Origin: Candidatus Aenigmatarchaeota archaeon | Lineage (GTDB): Archaea; Aenigmatarchaeota; Aenigmatarchaeia; GW2011-AR5; JACRAC01 | Length of the DNA: 63,114 nucleotides | NCBI GenBank assembly: GCA_016187395.1 | Contig: JACPJV010000009.1 | Location: forward strand, 1 to 63,114 | Direction: 5' to 3' | In this document: piece by piece, positions 1 through 7,353 of the stretch | How the letters are laid out: the number at the start of each line of letters is the position of its first letter | Position numbering within the stretch: position 1 is the stretch's first letter | Program-made: the position numbers and the translations under genes | Notes under the pieces: generated by a model | What the model was told of the DNA's origin: nothing | The model's input: only the letters and a program-made list of their open reading frames with translations | Database searches by the model: none

Positions 1-45
1 GAGATATGTTTAAGAGCATTTCACTGCAATTAATGGTGTGATAAC

Positions 46-234
46 ATGGCAGTTACTCTTGAGATAATTCATAAGGATCTGGAAGAGCTTAAAAAGGAGG
101 TCGAAAACCTCAAGAAAATGATAGTCCCGGAGGAGAGGATAACGGACGACGAAAGGGCCGAAATAAGAAAAACAATAAAAGAAATGGAACGGGGAGAAGA
201 AACAAGGCTTGAAGATGTCTTTAATGATTCATAA
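46..234 (+). CDS. small helical antitoxin-like protein paired with RelE/ParE-like toxin
   Basis: 62-aa charged coiled-coil ORF. Its TAA overlaps the ATG of the next ORF (TAATG 232-236), the usual antitoxin-toxin coupling. Confidence 0.5.
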   Translation: MAVTLEIIHKDLEELKKEVENLKKMIVPEERITDDERAEIRKTIKEMERGEETRLEDVFNDS

Positions 235-497
235 TGTTCGAAATATTTATCAGCAATCAGGCAAAGAAATTTCTCAGGGGAATCGACAGAAAAATCGCGG
301 GAGAAATGACAGATGTTCTTTCGTTTCTGAAGGCAACTCCAATTCCTGTGAAGGATTTTGATGTAAGCAAACTTTCCGGTGAAGAGGATTCTTACAGAAT
401 TCGCATAGGCAGATACCGAATACTCTATAGAATCTACTGGAAAGAAAGGAAGCTCAGAATTATCAGGATAGAAACGAGAGAGGCGGCTTATGATTAG
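234..497 (+). CDS. RelE/ParE-family toxin
   Basis: 87 aa. FISNQAKKFL near the N-terminus and YRIRIGRYRILYRI..LRIIRIETREAAY at the C-terminus resemble RelE/ParE-fold toxins. Confidence 0.7.
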   Translation: MFEIFISNQAKKFLRGIDRKIAGEMTDVLSFLKATPIPVKDFDVSKLSGEEDSYRIRIGRYRILYRIYWKERKLRIIRIETREAAYD

Positions 498-498
498 C

Positions 499-1476
499 TC
501 ACATATTCCAGATCCTATCCGGCTTCTCGGCGGTTTTCAGCTGACCGAAGATTTCTATGAAGTTTTCGGTGCTGGTGAACTGGGACAGAACATTCAATGC
601 AAAGCCGCCGTAGACTGTTTTGACTTCCTGATAGAGGCGCGACCAAGTGCCTAGCGAGAATGCATTGTCCACGATTGCAATCTTCTTCACGTTCTTCAAT
701 GCATCAGCAACCTCTGCGTCAGGGAACGGCCGCATCATGCGCAGCGACAGCAGACCTACCTTTTCGTTCTGCTTTTCTCTCAAAAAACGCACTGCAAGCT
801 TTGCGTTGCTTGTTGCTGATCCATAAGATACAAAAGCGAGCTCTGCGTCATCCAGATGATATCGTTCTACTAAATGCAGGTGCGATTTGGTCTTCTTTTT
901 CCAGTCTGCAGAAAATTCGTGCATCAAAGAATGGGCATTCTTGAGCGCTTTGTGCTGCTGTGCCAAGCCTTCAGTGTCGTGCCGCTCCAGGAGCCTGTGC
1001 CTCTTGTCAATGCTCAATTCTCCGGCAGCATTCCTCACGGTCATGTGACCCACAAGCTCTACGGATTCGAATGTCTGGCGAAGAACGTCGTCAATCACGA
1101 TGCAGGAAGGCATGAGGACTTTCCTGTCCTGTCCTACCGCATATGCGGCGATCACGCTTTCAAAAGCCTCCTGTGCGCTGGCGGGAGCTATGCATAGGGA
1201 ATAATTATGAATCCTGCGGCTCGTGCAGACAACAGGCAGGCGACGGGATGACATGTCCTGGAAGCCTGGCGGATCCTTGAGAAGGACACGCTTTCCTGAA
1301 AGGCATCTGGCAACAGCCGCGCTTACGCCAGCTTCTTTCTGAAGATCTAAAAATTCAGGTTCATATGTTTTTATCTGAGGCATAATTCCTTCCCCTGGAG
1401 AAATCCCTACCAATGCATCTGCCTGGGAAAAGAGTGCTGCACTGACAGCAGCCTGAAAGCTGTTCAAAAAATGCAT
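499..1476 (-). CDS. 2-oxoacid:ferredoxin oxidoreductase alpha-subunit-like protein (divergent)
   Basis: 325 aa. The C-terminal half (VSYGSATSNAKLAVRFLREKQNEKVGLLSLRMMRPFPDAEV..KKIAIVDN) looks like POR/KOR alpha domain II. The N-terminal half is only weakly alpha-like. It follows gamma- and delta-like genes on the same strand. Confidence 0.55.
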   Translation of the reverse strand: MHFLNSFQAAVSAALFSQADALVGISPGEGIMPQIKTYEPEFLDLQKEAGVSAAVARCLSGKRVLLKDPPGFQDMSSRRLPVVCTSRRIHNYSLCIAPASAQEAFESVIAAYAVGQDRKVLMPSCIVIDDVLRQTFESVELVGHMTVRNAAGELSIDKRHRLLERHDTEGLAQQHKALKNAHSLMHEFSADWKKKTKSHLHLVERYHLDDAELAFVSYGSATSNAKLAVRFLREKQNEKVGLLSLRMMRPFPDAEVADALKNVKKIAIVDNAFSLGTWSRLYQEVKTVYGGFALNVLSQFTSTENFIEIFGQLKTAEKPDRIWNM

Positions 1477-1484
1477 AATAACAC

Positions 1485-1835
1485 CTATTTCATCTCACGC
1501 TCCTCCTTGATTGCGCCGGAGTGGCACTCCCTGACGCAGATGAGGCAGCCATCGCATTTGCTGTAGTCTATAACAAGCTTCTTCTCACCCTGGCTTATGG
1601 CATTATGAGGGCAGAACCACACAGGTTCCTTGTCCTCGCTTTTCTCCATAGCAACAGGCCTGAACGTCCTCCAGAATTTGATCTCCGGCATTTCTGCTGG
1701 CTGGACGTTATACTTTATTTCCTTTTCTGATTTCATACCGATCACGCTTGGAATCTTCGATACAGGCTTCTTGCGAGTGCCAGCTCTCCTGCGCCTTTGC
1801 CGTGCTCTCTTTTTCCTGCCTTTTTTCATCATCAA
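1485..1835 (-). CDS. POR delta-like ferredoxin with a single intact Cys motif
   Basis: CDGCLICVRECHSGAI (CxxCxxCxxxC) near the C-terminus. The upstream cluster motif is reduced to FCPHNAI. The N-terminus has a Lys/Arg-rich extension, with an alternative ATG at 1736. Confidence 0.6.
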   Translation of the reverse strand: MMMKKGRKKRARQRRRRAGTRKKPVSKIPSVIGMKSEKEIKYNVQPAEMPEIKFWRTFRPVAMEKSEDKEPVWFCPHNAISQGEKKLVIDYSKCDGCLICVRECHSGAIKEEREMK

Positions 1836-1862
1836 ACTGCAGTAATTACAACTACCAATACC

Positions 1863-1926
1863 CGTTATCTTAATTGCTCGCCTGCAGGCTCGTTATCTTA
1901 ATTGATCGCCGCAGATCGTTAGATCA
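1863..1926. repeat. short tandem direct repeat in the porG-porD spacer
   Basis: CGTTATCTTAATTG[C/A]TCGCC occurs at 1863-1882 and 1891-1910. A partial third copy, CGTTAGATCA, lies at 1917-1926. Confidence 0.7.
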
Positions 1927-2601
1927 TCTGATTTTTGGTTTCATCTTAAAGCCTGCATCCAACTCTTGCATCTTCTCTTCTGCCGGACTAAACTCTTCTA
2001 CTACGGCCTGCTTCAGAGCCTTTAACTGAACCTTCTTGAACACGGATGACAGAAAGCCCAGCAAAAACAGGTTTGGAAAGACGCGCTTTCCCCCGAATAC
2101 GTGCTCAGAGGCATCCACAGCAAAAATGCGGATTTTTCTCTTTTTTAACTGGGGATTTCTGGGCTTTTCCGTGGTGTTTATGATAAGGGCTGATCCCTCG
2201 CGCAACGTCTTTGGATCAAGAAAAGAGGGCTCAAATATGACGGTAAAATCCGCATCTTCCGGCTCTGCAGGGCCTCTTTCAAAAAATTCCTCCCTCTCCA
2301 CCTTAACAAAGGCGCTTACGCCATCTCCGATTCCATATGCATGGTCAGGCACCCAGGCGTTTGCCCGCTGACCAGAAAGCACAGAAGCCATGCCAAACAG
2401 GCGCGCTGCTGTGCGCACGCCCTGTTCAGAATGGCCGCGGAAATGGAATAACATAGCACCACAAACCACTGAAAACGTGGCGCATATCATATGTAAAGAT
2501 AGGAATATAAAACCAGGGGTTTTGGCGGATTCTTGGGGTTCGAGGATGGCATCCTGTGGGAAATTGTCAATATATTCCCATAAATTTAAATACTTTCCCA
2601 C
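1924..2601 (-). CDS. 2-oxoacid:ferredoxin oxidoreductase gamma-subunit-like protein
   Basis: HFRGHSEQGVRTAARLFG ... FTVIFEPSFLD ... LIINT resembles POR gamma. The conserved part begins near internal ATG 2454, so the first ~49 codons are doubtful. Confidence 0.6.
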   Translation of the reverse strand: MGKYLNLWEYIDNFPQDAILEPQESAKTPGFIFLSLHMICATFSVVCGAMLFHFRGHSEQGVRTAARLFGMASVLSGQRANAWVPDHAYGIGDGVSAFVKVEREEFFERGPAEPEDADFTVIFEPSFLDPKTLREGSALIINTTEKPRNPQLKKRKIRIFAVDASEHVFGGKRVFPNLFLLGFLSSVFKKVQLKALKQAVVEEFSPAEEKMQELDAGFKMKPKIR

Positions 2602-2613
2602 ATATATATCAGC

Positions 2614-2901
2614 ATGGAAACTGCAAGGTGTGATGAGCGTGGGAGGGTCGTATTGCCCAAAGAACTGAGGGACGAGTTTGGAGAGGAGTATGTCATTGTA
2701 CGGCTTCCTGGGGAGATACTATTCAAGCCCATTCCTAAAGGCGATCCGCTAAGGGCTTTACGTGAGGAGGGAAAAAAGCTTCCGAAAGACATGTCTGTGG
2801 CGGACCTGAAAAGGCAGGCGAGAGAACTTGCGCTTGAAGAAGTCCTTGAAGAAGAGGAGGAAAGAGAAGAACTGAGAAGAAAAGCAAAGGACAGGCAGTA
2901 G
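2614..2901 (+). CDS. AbrB/SpoVT-type antitoxin (VapB-like)
   Basis: N-terminal RGRVVLPKELRDEFG swapped-hairpin motif and an acidic C-terminal tail. It lies directly upstream of a PIN gene. Confidence 0.7.
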   Translation: METARCDERGRVVLPKELRDEFGEEYVIVRLPGEILFKPIPKGDPLRALREEGKKLPKDMSVADLKRQARELALEEVLEEEEEREELRRKAKDRQ

Positions 2902-2943
2902 CTCCTCAAAAACCCGACACCTGCCTGCTATAGATAGGTAGCG

Positions 2944-3327
2944 GTGCTCACTATGCCGTATGCGGATAGCGATTTTTTCCTTGCGCTGATAAAAGAGGAA
3001 GACTGGCTTGCTGAAAGAGCGGAAAAGATTCTGGAGCAATACAAAGGTCGCATATGGACATCTCACTGGGTAATTGTTGAAATACTGATGCTTGCAAAGA
3101 AACACAACTTAGACCCTGAGAACGTAATTTTCAGGATAAGGCAGTTAGCGAGAATAGAGGGGGATTTTCTCATTCTGATAGCTGTCGCGCATCTTATGAA
3201 AGAAAGGGGCATGCGCGTCTTTGACGCGCTGCACGCGCTTTCCTGCGGTCATGACAGCATCATAAGCTCTGACCGTATTTTTGACAAGATTGGTCTCGAG
3301 AGGATAAAACTGGAGGACGGGGGTTAA
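2944..3327 (+). CDS. PIN-domain toxin (VapC-like)
   Basis: 127 aa. The N-terminal acidic DSDFF segment and FDALHAL..SSD pattern are typical of the PIN fold. The ORF track starts at GTG 2944, and an ATG lies at 2953. Confidence 0.75.
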   Translation: MLTMPYADSDFFLALIKEEDWLAERAEKILEQYKGRIWTSHWVIVEILMLAKKHNLDPENVIFRIRQLARIEGDFLILIAVAHLMKERGMRVFDALHALSCGHDSIISSDRIFDKIGLERIKLEDGG

Positions 3328-3339
3328 TTTACGAACATT

Positions 3340-3615
3340 TCATGTGTTTTTTTCCAGTCCGTATCGCCCACATAATCTATTGAGCCTTTGATTGAAGGGT
3401 TGCAGATAAGCTGGAAGATCCTCACCGTGAACAGAATATAATATTCCTAATTCTGCATCATAGACAGTTTGCATCGCAGAGGTCGAAGCAGAAGGATTTC
3501 TCCGAAGGAAATCTTCTGTCCCGTCTACTATTTGCTTTACATGGCTCATGCCCTGCCATAATGCGCGTCTGCGCCTTTCTTCCTGCATTCTTTTCCAGAA
3601 ACCCATGTCATTCAC
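3340..3615 (-). CDS. hypothetical protein (second gene of an unknown two-gene module)
   Basis: 91-aa ORF abutting the stop of the upstream ORF at 3616. The track start is GTG, with an ATG at 3606. No recognisable motif. Confidence 0.4.
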   Translation of the reverse strand: MNDMGFWKRMQEERRRRALWQGMSHVKQIVDGTEDFLRRNPSASTSAMQTVYDAELGILYSVHGEDLPAYLQPFNQRLNRLCGRYGLEKNT

Positions 3616-4161
3616 CTATTCCATACTTCCTGCGGATTCTACTAGAGCATAATCATCCCTGCATTTGGAATGAACCTCTGCCAAGCGGAAGTGAGGGACG
3701 GATTCTCTGATACCATCTCCAACTATGGAATCAACCTGTTCGGAATTGTAGCCAAGCAAATACAGCCCGGCTTCTGCTGCGTCTAGATACGCCTCCCGCA
3801 TGTCGCTAGAAAACACAGCGGGATTCCCGCCCCGACCGCGCCATTCATCAACTTCAACATCAGACGCGAAAGCCGTAGCCAGAGACCCTTTAACTGCCAC
3901 ATAAAGCTTCCCCCTGTTTTCCGGATTCAGATAAACTTGGCATCTTCCCCTTTTTACAAAAGCTGCAAAAGCCCTTACACTTGAGAACTCCAAATCTTTC
4001 GGTTCTTGAGTCTTATCACGATGGTCAACAACACAGGCCACAGGCATGCTATCACCATGCAAATATCTAACAGGCCAGCCGTATCGCCTTCCTTCAGACG
4101 CTGACGCAAAACCCCTCGCAAATTCGATCCTGTCTTTTAGTGAATTGGTTTCAACGGTCAT
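3616..4161 (-). CDS. hypothetical protein
   Basis: 181-aa ORF with no competing frame and no motif I recognise. Confidence 0.5.
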   Translation of the reverse strand: MTVETNSLKDRIEFARGFASASEGRRYGWPVRYLHGDSMPVACVVDHRDKTQEPKDLEFSSVRAFAAFVKRGRCQVYLNPENRGKLYVAVKGSLATAFASDVEVDEWRGRGGNPAVFSSDMREAYLDAAEAGLYLLGYNSEQVDSIVGDGIRESVPHFRLAEVHSKCRDDYALVESAGSME

Positions 4162-4308
4162 ACAACCAACATACCAAAATATGCCACCACAAGATATATA
4201 AAGATTTCGCCTCTGGAGAGTAGTGACAGAAATAGGCGCGTCTGCGAACCTTTAAATATTCTTTTGTTATAAATAGAAGTGAAAAAGTAATGCTTAGAAG
4301 GCGAGCGC

Positions 4309-4542
4309 ATGGACTTTACAAAGCCTATAAACCCCAGCAAGCATTTCCGCAACACGTGGATGCGCAACTGGGACTGGGATATGAACGATTTGCGTTCTGC
4401 CTTGGTGAATGCGTACAAAATCGATAAAGCGGGCGCGAACAAATACGAAGCTTATGTGCGAAAGGGAGGAAAGAGCAGGAAAATAATCTTCGCAATTATC
4501 GAAGATGAGACATTCATAATAACAGGGAGTGAAAAAACATGA
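4309..4542 (+). CDS. putative small toxin (DUF4258-like guess)
   Basis: 77 aa. SKHFRNTWMRNW...SRKIIFAIIEDETFIITG. It has a 4-nt ATGA overlap with the downstream AbrB-type gene. Confidence 0.45.
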   Translation: MDFTKPINPSKHFRNTWMRNWDWDMNDLRSALVNAYKIDKAGANKYEAYVRKGGKSRKIIFAIIEDETFIITGSEKT

Positions 4543-4886
4543 AAGAAAAAATCTGCGCGGTGTGCCAGGAAGGCAGGCTGGAGGAGGCGGACAACATAGC
4601 CTCTGAAATAGAGGGCTATATTTTCGTGGAGAAGGGGTGGCGCTGCAGCAAATGCGGAGAAGAATTCATCAAGGAAAATGAGGCACAAAGGACCATCGAG
4701 ATAGCGCGCAAACTGGGCATATGGCCCAAGCCGCTTAAACTGCACAGAAGCATCTCAAAATCAGGGCGCGGGCTTGTCTTGCGCATACCTTCTGATCTGG
4801 AAGATGACCTGAATCTAAAGCCGGGGCAAAGAGTCTCTATAAGCCGCGTGGGGCACAAGATAATAGTTGAGACGGAGGGGAAGTAA
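4539..4886 (+). CDS. zinc-ribbon plus SpoVT/AbrB-domain antitoxin-like protein
   Basis: CAVCQ...CSKCG zinc ribbon followed by GRGLVLRIPSDLEDDLNLKPGQRVSI, an AbrB-like beta motif. Confidence 0.6.
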   Translation: MKEKICAVCQEGRLEEADNIASEIEGYIFVEKGWRCSKCGEEFIKENEAQRTIEIARKLGIWPKPLKLHRSISKSGRGLVLRIPSDLEDDLNLKPGQRVSISRVGHKIIVETEGK

Positions 4887-4916
4887 GCTTAAAAGATTTG
4901 GAATTATGATAGAGCT

Positions 4917-5528
4917 ATGCACGAGCTTCCCAAGCTGCCATATTCTTATGATGCCTTAGAGCCGCACATTGATGCGCGCACGATGGAAATCCATCATACG
5001 AAGCACCACCAGACCTATGTCACAAAATTGAATGAGGCGCTTTCTAAACACAAGCAGCTTGGCGGGAAGCCTGTTGACGAATTATTGAAAAATCTGAATG
5101 CGGTGCCTGAAGACATCCGCACGGCTGTAAGGAATCATGGCGGCGGGCATTTTAATCACAGCATGTTCTGGGTGATTATGGGGCCGAAGGGCGGAGGAAG
5201 CCCCGGCGGGGCGCTGGCTGATGCGATTTCAGAAAAATTTGGCGACTTTGCAAAATTCAAGGAGCAATTTTCAAATTCTGCAGCAGGGCTATTTGGCTCG
5301 GGCTGGGCGTGGCTTGTGCTGAGGAATGGGCAATTGGCAATAGAGACTACTCCCAACCAGGACAATCCTGTTTCTTCCGGTGCCAATCCAATTATGGGCA
5401 TTGACGTGTGGGAACATGCGTACTATCTGAAATTTCAAAACAGGCGGCCTGACTACATCGCTGCGTGGTGGAATGTTGTGAACTGGCGGGAAGTAGAAGA
5501 GAATTATAAAAAGGCCCAAAAAATGTAG
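4917..5528 (+). CDS. sod: Fe/Mn superoxide dismutase
   Basis: [23 protein letters not shown] and DVWEHAYYL signatures. 203 aa. Confidence 0.95.
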   Translation: MHELPKLPYSYDALEPHIDARTMEIHHTKHHQTYVTKLNEALSKHKQLGGKPVDELLKNLNAVPEDIRTAVRNHGGGHFNHSMFWVIMGPKGGGSPGGALADAISEKFGDFAKFKEQFSNSAAGLFGSGWAWLVLRNGQLAIETTPNQDNPVSSGANPIMGIDVWEHAYYLKFQNRRPDYIAAWWNVVNWREVEENYKKAQKM

Positions 5529-5594
5529 TCATTTGCCGCCTAGAAATAGCCTCTTTCATTAATTATCGTTTACTATAGTTAACTTTAAATCCTA

Positions 5595-5819
5595 ATGTTT
5601 GAATTCATCAGGGAGGCTGTCAGGGAAAAGCTGCTCTCCACATCAGTAAAGACTCTGCCTGATGACATTGCTGAAAATGAAATAAGATGGTTTCTGCAGG
5701 AGAAGAGAAAAACAGGGCAAAATCTTGTCAGCATAATCGAAATTTCTCAAGAGCTTATGCTGCCACCCGGACAGACAGAAAGGATAATGTCCAGACTGAA
5801 GGGCGTGAAGGAGGTTTAG
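5595..5819 (+). CDS. hypothetical small protein (possible wHTH)
   Basis: 74-aa ORF with no strong motif. Confidence 0.45.
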   Translation: MFEFIREAVREKLLSTSVKTLPDDIAENEIRWFLQEKRKTGQNLVSIIEISQELMLPPGQTERIMSRLKGVKEV

Positions 5820-5820
5820 T

Positions 5821-6039
5821 ATGGCACAAATTACCCTGCCAGTCATAAAACTGGCTAACGGCGAAAGCTGGATTCCACTGCACGGTCTTAGCTCGAAAAT
5901 TGTATTCCGAGCTGAAGCAATCCGACTTGCAAAGTTTCGGGTTGCAGATCCTTCCGGGCACAGGATGGACCAGGCAGAAGCTGAAGGAAGCGCGAAATTC
6001 AGGCCGAAGACGTGGGATATATCGAAATTTCAGTTCTGA
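5821..6039 (+). CDS. hypothetical small protein, translationally coupled to 5595..5819
   Basis: GGAGGT at 5810-5815 lies 5 nt before ATG 5821, one nt after the upstream stop. Confidence 0.4.
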   Translation: MAQITLPVIKLANGESWIPLHGLSSKIVFRAEAIRLAKFRVADPSGHRMDQAEAEGSAKFRPKTWDISKFQF

Positions 6040-6165
6040 TGCCAGAAGAACTCACAAACCTTTCGCAAATCATTTTCTACAAACTTTCCGAAACAAATAT
6101 ATATCCCAAAACACATGCGAAATTCGCGGTAAGTTTAAATAAATGCGAATGCAACTAATGCAGCA

Positions 6166-6465
6166 GTGATTCCGATGGTAAACTCGTCAACGTATGCCGA
6201 TATAATCCGCAAGGATGTTTTCACGACGAAAGGCGCATACTGCGGCAAGGTTGCCGATGTGGACCTGGATATGGAAAAGTTCCGCGTGAGGTCACTGGTT
6301 GTCGATGCGGTACGCGGCTCATTCCTTTCTGATATAGTCGGAGAAAAGAGAGGAGTCATAGTACCGTTCCAGATAGTGCAGGCAATCGGGGATATTATCA
6401 TAATAAAGCACATACACCCGACAGCTGCAGAAGAGGCTAACGCAGCAGAAGCAGAAGCTGCGTGA
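6166..6465 (+). CDS. PRC-barrel domain protein
   Basis: GAYCGKVADVDLDMEKFRVRSLVVD...GVIVPFQIVQAIGDIIII resembles a PRC barrel. TTTAAATAA box at 6134-6142. Possible starts are GTG 6166 and ATG 6175. Confidence 0.6.
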   Translation: MIPMVNSSTYADIIRKDVFTTKGAYCGKVADVDLDMEKFRVRSLVVDAVRGSFLSDIVGEKRGVIVPFQIVQAIGDIIIIKHIHPTAAEEANAAEAEAA

Positions 6466-6514
6466 ACGGGAAAAATTCTAAATAATTTCTGGAAGAGGGA
6501 AAAATATCGAAGAA

Positions 6515-6758
6515 ATATAGTGAAGCAAATAAATAAACCCGATATGATCATTTGCTTCCCATACAAGGAGGAACGAAGTTCCTCCTGTACAGCAGAAGCT
6601 TCGCTTCTGCTTGTAGAGTGAACCAAGATTTTTAGTCGGCATTGGTTTCTTGGTTCACTTTATAGTGAAACCACAAATGAAACGGAACATGTATTTGTGC
6701 TTTCCCATATAGCAAACCAACTCTGGTATGCCGTTTATTTAGTTGGTTTGCTATAAAC
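6515..6758. repeat. hairpin-array repeat element (six consecutive stem-loops)
   Basis: ATATAG-hp-CATACAAG-hp(GAGGAAC/GTTCCTC)-CTGTACAG-hp(CAGAAGC/GCTTCTG)-CTTGTAG-hp-TTATAG-hp-CATATAG-hp-CTATAAAC. It fills the gap between convergent genes. Confidence 0.75.
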
Positions 6759-6777
6759 TACAATCTTTGCCCCAGGG

Positions 6778-7239
6778 TTATTGCTGATTCTGGCCATTAC
6801 CGGCTGTTTCGCAAAGTTGTTCTGCAAATCTTAGATATGCAGGGTGTGTTCTGAACGCAGTCGGCTCCCAGATTGGAAATCTTGTACCGCTGTATTCATA
6901 CGTAAGATCGAATCTTTGCACGACTTCTGTGCGGTCTTCAACAAGAACGCCGTTTTCATAACGCTGCCAATCTACGCGCTGGAATATGTAAGGATTTCCG
7001 TCGCCCTCATCGTGGATGCGAAGATAGGATTTGGGTCCATAACCCGGGTCTACGACGTAGACCTTTCCTCTTTTCAAGTCCACTATCCCCCTGATCTTCT
7101 CGCCCGGTATTTTCATGCCGTCCGATAATTCTACAGGTGCCGGCATGGCGTTCTCAAATTCTTTTTCAGGGTAAAGGCGGCCAAACAGTGCCAGACATGC
7201 GACAGCTGCACCTATTATCAATACTTTTCTTGCCTGCAT
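6778..7239 (-). CDS. secreted or membrane-anchored hypothetical protein
   Basis: 153 aa with an N-terminal hydrophobic segment (VLIIGAAVACLALF). No known motif. Confidence 0.55.
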   Translation of the reverse strand: MQARKVLIIGAAVACLALFGRLYPEKEFENAMPAPVELSDGMKIPGEKIRGIVDLKRGKVYVVDPGYGPKSYLRIHDEGDGNPYIFQRVDWQRYENGVLVEDRTEVVQRFDLTYEYSGTRFPIWEPTAFRTHPAYLRFAEQLCETAGNGQNQQ

Positions 7240-7315
7240 GGAAGAAAGGACGATGTAAAGTTTTTATTGCTACTATAAACTGATTTCTCGTTTGCCAGCT
7301 CCGCAGCCATCATCC

Positions 7316-7323
7316 TTTATAAG
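7316..7323 (+). promoter_or_regulatory. TATA-box candidate for aEF-2
   Basis: TTTATAAG about 34 nt upstream of ATG 7354, consistent with a very short leader. Confidence 0.35.
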
Positions 7324-7353
7324 TTTATTTACAAACATAAACGTTGGTATATC

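Noticed and set aside
1-45. Duplicated porA 3' end upstream of the first TA pair, by analogy with the other cassettes
   Set aside because: No convincing similarity between 1-45 and the porA 3' end (499-540). The window edge prevents a real test.
6135-6626. 163-aa minus-strand ORF overlapping the PRC-barrel gene and the hairpin repeat
   Set aside because: It is antisense to a better-supported ORF and runs through the palindromic repeat. No signals support it.
6515-6758. Possibility that the hairpin arrays are a CRISPR array
   Set aside because: There is no constant-length direct repeat alternating with unique spacers. The units are inverted repeats with variable stems, and no cas genes are present.
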